Positions 1 through 64,000 of a stretch of 64,000 nt of DNA are shown piece after piece (the first letter of the stretch is position 1; each line of letters opens with the position of its first letter). The stretch is from assembly GCA_951406725.2 (NCBI GenBank), contig OX597823.1:54188001-54252000 (forward strand), read 5' to 3'. The position numbers and the translations under genes were made by a program. The notes under the pieces were generated by a model, which was not told the DNA's origin, did no database searches, and saw nothing but the letters and a program-made list of their open reading frames with translations. The stretch comes from Octopus vulgaris (Eukaryota).

Positions 1-2533
1 TATTTACTTAACCGGTTTCACTCTTTGGAAAAAGATTGTCAAAAGTAACATAGAATATTATGAATTAAAAAAAAATTTACATAATTGCCACATTACATGT
101 ATATATACAGTCTTTGGTAACAGGGACATGTTAAGGACATTACAACAGTATGATGAGAATATTTGAAAAAATGGGCAGAAAAGAATAAAACAAATATATT
201 ATTAGAAGTTTGGTTGCGTTAATTATTGGTTGTTGCAAATTGCCACATTACATGTATATATACAGTCTTTGGTAACAGGGACATGTTAAGGACATAAGAA
301 AGTACAACAGTATGATGAGAATATTTGAAAAAATGGGCAGAAAAGATTAAAACAAATATATTATACATCTCAGGGTCAGTACAGAATATTATGAATTCAA
401 GGGACACGCACACTCACACCAGTCTCACCTCCATACAGGCACATATATACACACGCAGCACCATGTGTTTGTGAGAGTGTATGTATGTTCGTGCTCCTTG
501 TTTTGACATAGATTAATGTTGCAAATGAATGTCATTCATTTTCAATATTCTGTAAAAACATGTCTGACCAGGAGGTGTATTGCTTTGCTTGGAAATAGTT
601 AACACTTGTCAATAGGTCAGGTATCAGTCCATAGAAAATCTACATCTATAAACTCAGTTTGACTGATGCAGACATGGAAAAGTGGACATTAAAATGCTGC
701 TGCTGTAACACATACATGTATGTATGTATATCCACACACACACACACATATACATATATATCTTTTCAAACAAACTTATATACACACATATATATTGAAT
801 TTCTGATAATCCATTCTGCTGTGGTTTGTCAAATGCATTTAACCATAAAACTAAAATGAAAACACTGCTGAAAGTTTTCTAAGCTTTGGTTAGACTAATT
901 AAATGTTTAATTTTTCTGTTTGTCAATGCTGTCTTAGTTAAACAAAAACTAACTACAATGTCACTTGTTACCTTACTTGAACACTGTGAAAACAAAATTG
1001 AAAGGTTAAATTATGTTCCTTTGCTTTGCAAGGAATTGAATAAACAAACTTCCCAGTCAATCAAGATAAAGTTAAATGAATACATTAAAGAAGAAAGGAA
1101 AAAAAATCTTTTTTCATTTTCTGTTAGCATTCTATAAAACAAACATATTTGCAGTTCATGTCACTACTTGTGATAGTTACAGTTTAAATTTAGTTTCAAA
1201 ATTAAAGTTTGTTAATTTACCAGAGCTCTAAGCAATGGTGTTTAACTTCTTGATGCTTCTTAGCTTAGACATCTCACTTCACTGTTCCTTGTTGTTATTG
1301 TTAGTTCTAGATAAGCCTTGATCATGCTGACCCATGAACAAAGCAGTATGTTAGTCCTGGACTATAATATGTTTCCACAGGCTTTTGACTACATCACTGA
1401 ACAATTAACCTGTTTCTACTGCCAATACCAAAAACACTTACTCTCTAAATAGATCTGGCACATTTTGTTGCTTTATTAAATCTAACTCATATCATTTAAC
1501 ATTCCTTTAGATCCTTAATTAGGTATTAGCTATCATTGCAAACTCTTTTAATTTCTTTTGTGATGTGTGGTAAGAAGTTTGCTTTCCAATCACATAGTTC
1601 CAGGTTCAGTCCCACTGCATGGTACGTTGGACAAATGTTTTCTACTGTAACCCCAGATAACCAAAGTTTTGTGAGTGGATTTGGTAGACAGGAAATGAAG
1701 GAAGCTTATTTCATGTATATATGTATATATATATACATGTGCGTGTGTGTGTGTGTGTGTATATGTGTGTGTGATGGCATCATATAAAAACATCCAGTAC
1801 ACTCTGTAAAGTGGCTGGCATTTGGAAGGGCATCAAGCCATAGAGACAGTCCCAAAACAAATGACTGGAGCCTGGTGCAGCCCTCTGATTTTCCAGCTCC
1901 TGTCAAACCACCCAACCTATGCCAACATGGAAAATGGACATTAAATGATGATGTTGATGATATGTATATCTCTGTGTTTGTCCCCACCACTTCTTGACAA
2001 TTGGTGTTCATTTATTTACATCCCTGTAACTTAGTAACAAAAGAAAAAATACCAATCTATAAAATATAAGAAGTATGATCATTTTGTTCGAGTAAAACAC
2101 TTGAAGGTGGTGCCCCAGCATGGCCACAGCCCAGTGACTGAAAGAAATAAACAATAAAAAGATAAATGACAAAAGCACTCTGAATAGATTTTGCACATTT
2201 TGTTTATTAAATCTAATTCTTATCATTTAACATTCTCTTAGTTTCTGGTTTTGGTATTGACTATTATTGTAAACCCTTTTGTGATTTATTTAATATTTTG
2301 CAAGTTTATGAACTCAAATCCAAATTAAGATAAGGATGACTTGCATATGAAAAGGGTGAAGATGTTTACCTGTTTTAGTTTTGTGCATATGGACCATGTG
2401 ACAGAATATGAAAAGTTGACATAGCTCGTTCTCTACATGTAATTATATTGATACAGTAGTTTTAACATGGAAAATATTTTCAATAACTATATTTTTGTAT
2501 TTGTTAATTCTCTTTGTTTCTTTCTTATTACAG

Positions 2534-63087
<60,554 letters not shown>

Positions 63088-64000
63088 GTAATTTTTGTAA
63101 ATGTAATAAGATAATAAATTTCTGTAAAGATGTTTTGGGATTCTATAAGAATTATCTAGAACTTACAAAGGTAGCCATTAGATTATTGTAGAAACATTAC
63201 TCGATTTTCAGAGACTTCAGGCCTACACCTTTTATTCTTTTATTTGCTTCAGTCATTTGATTTTTAAGTCTGGTATTTATCTTAGTAACCTAAGATAAGC
63301 AGCAGAGCATCACACCATACTTAGTATCATACTGTTAACTCATGTGACATTACCATGTAGAGACTATTTCATTGATTTATCATTACTGAGATGCCCATAT
63401 AAGGAATAAAAAGATAATTGTTCTGCTATGTGATAAAAATTGTGTATGAAAATGATTACAGTGACTATAGTGTCCTTTGGAAAATTGGGGGCTTTAGTGG
63501 GGTTACAATGAATGTTGCATAAAATCCTTTTGATATCTAACTGCTTGGGATACTTCTGGTTCTAGGATATAAATTGCCTCATGTTTCATATTTAAATTAA
63601 AATATTTCATCCTTATTATATTTAAAAACATTTTGTTAAGTTTTACTGTGTGCCAAACACTTGCTTAATGATTCTTTCTACAATAGGTACAAGGCCTGAA
63701 ATTTTGTGGGAAGGGGCTAGTCCATTGCATCAACCCCAGTGCTTAACTGGTACTTATTTTATTGACTCTGAAAGGATAAAAGACAAAGTTGACTTTCACA
63801 GAATTTGAACTCAGAACATAAAGAATCAGAAGAAATGTTACTCAATATTTTGTTCAACATGCCAACAATTCTGACAGTTCAATGCTTTACACTTGCTTAA
63901 TAAGGATTGTTAAAGTAAGACAAAGCTAGAAAATTTGGATGAGTACTCGACTAATGCTTAATTTCATTGACACTGGGAGAATGAAACACTGCATCACCCA

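Overview
AT-rich animal genomic DNA, most likely an octopus/coleoid cephalopod, judged from the recurring tRNA-derived SINE families and dense (CA)n/(TA)n microsatellites. The whole window lies inside one plus-strand gene. Read by hand, 23 GT-AG exons (2534-63087) join in phase into one 3039-nt open frame (1013 aa) encoding the MyTH4-FERM-SH3-MyTH4-FERM tail of a divergent class VII myosin. The motor-encoding exons and the final exons lie outside the window. Nearly all long ORFs in the track are microsatellite or transposon artefacts. The introns hold decayed RTE, CR1 and L1/Tx1 LINE pieces, Tc1/mariner relics, TTAA- and hAT-type MITEs, a Helentron-type HINE, a 1.6-kb long-TIR element and a 1.5-kb (TA)n tract. 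The most unusual signal is about nine minimal type I hammerhead-ribozyme motifs from about six unrelated sequence families. They have short, palindromic or near-palindromic stem III, and several sit in (TA)n-embedded, terminally repeated or foldback elements. This suggests Penelope-like pseudo-LTR or retrozyme-type elements. All folds and homologies were read by eye; no searches were run.
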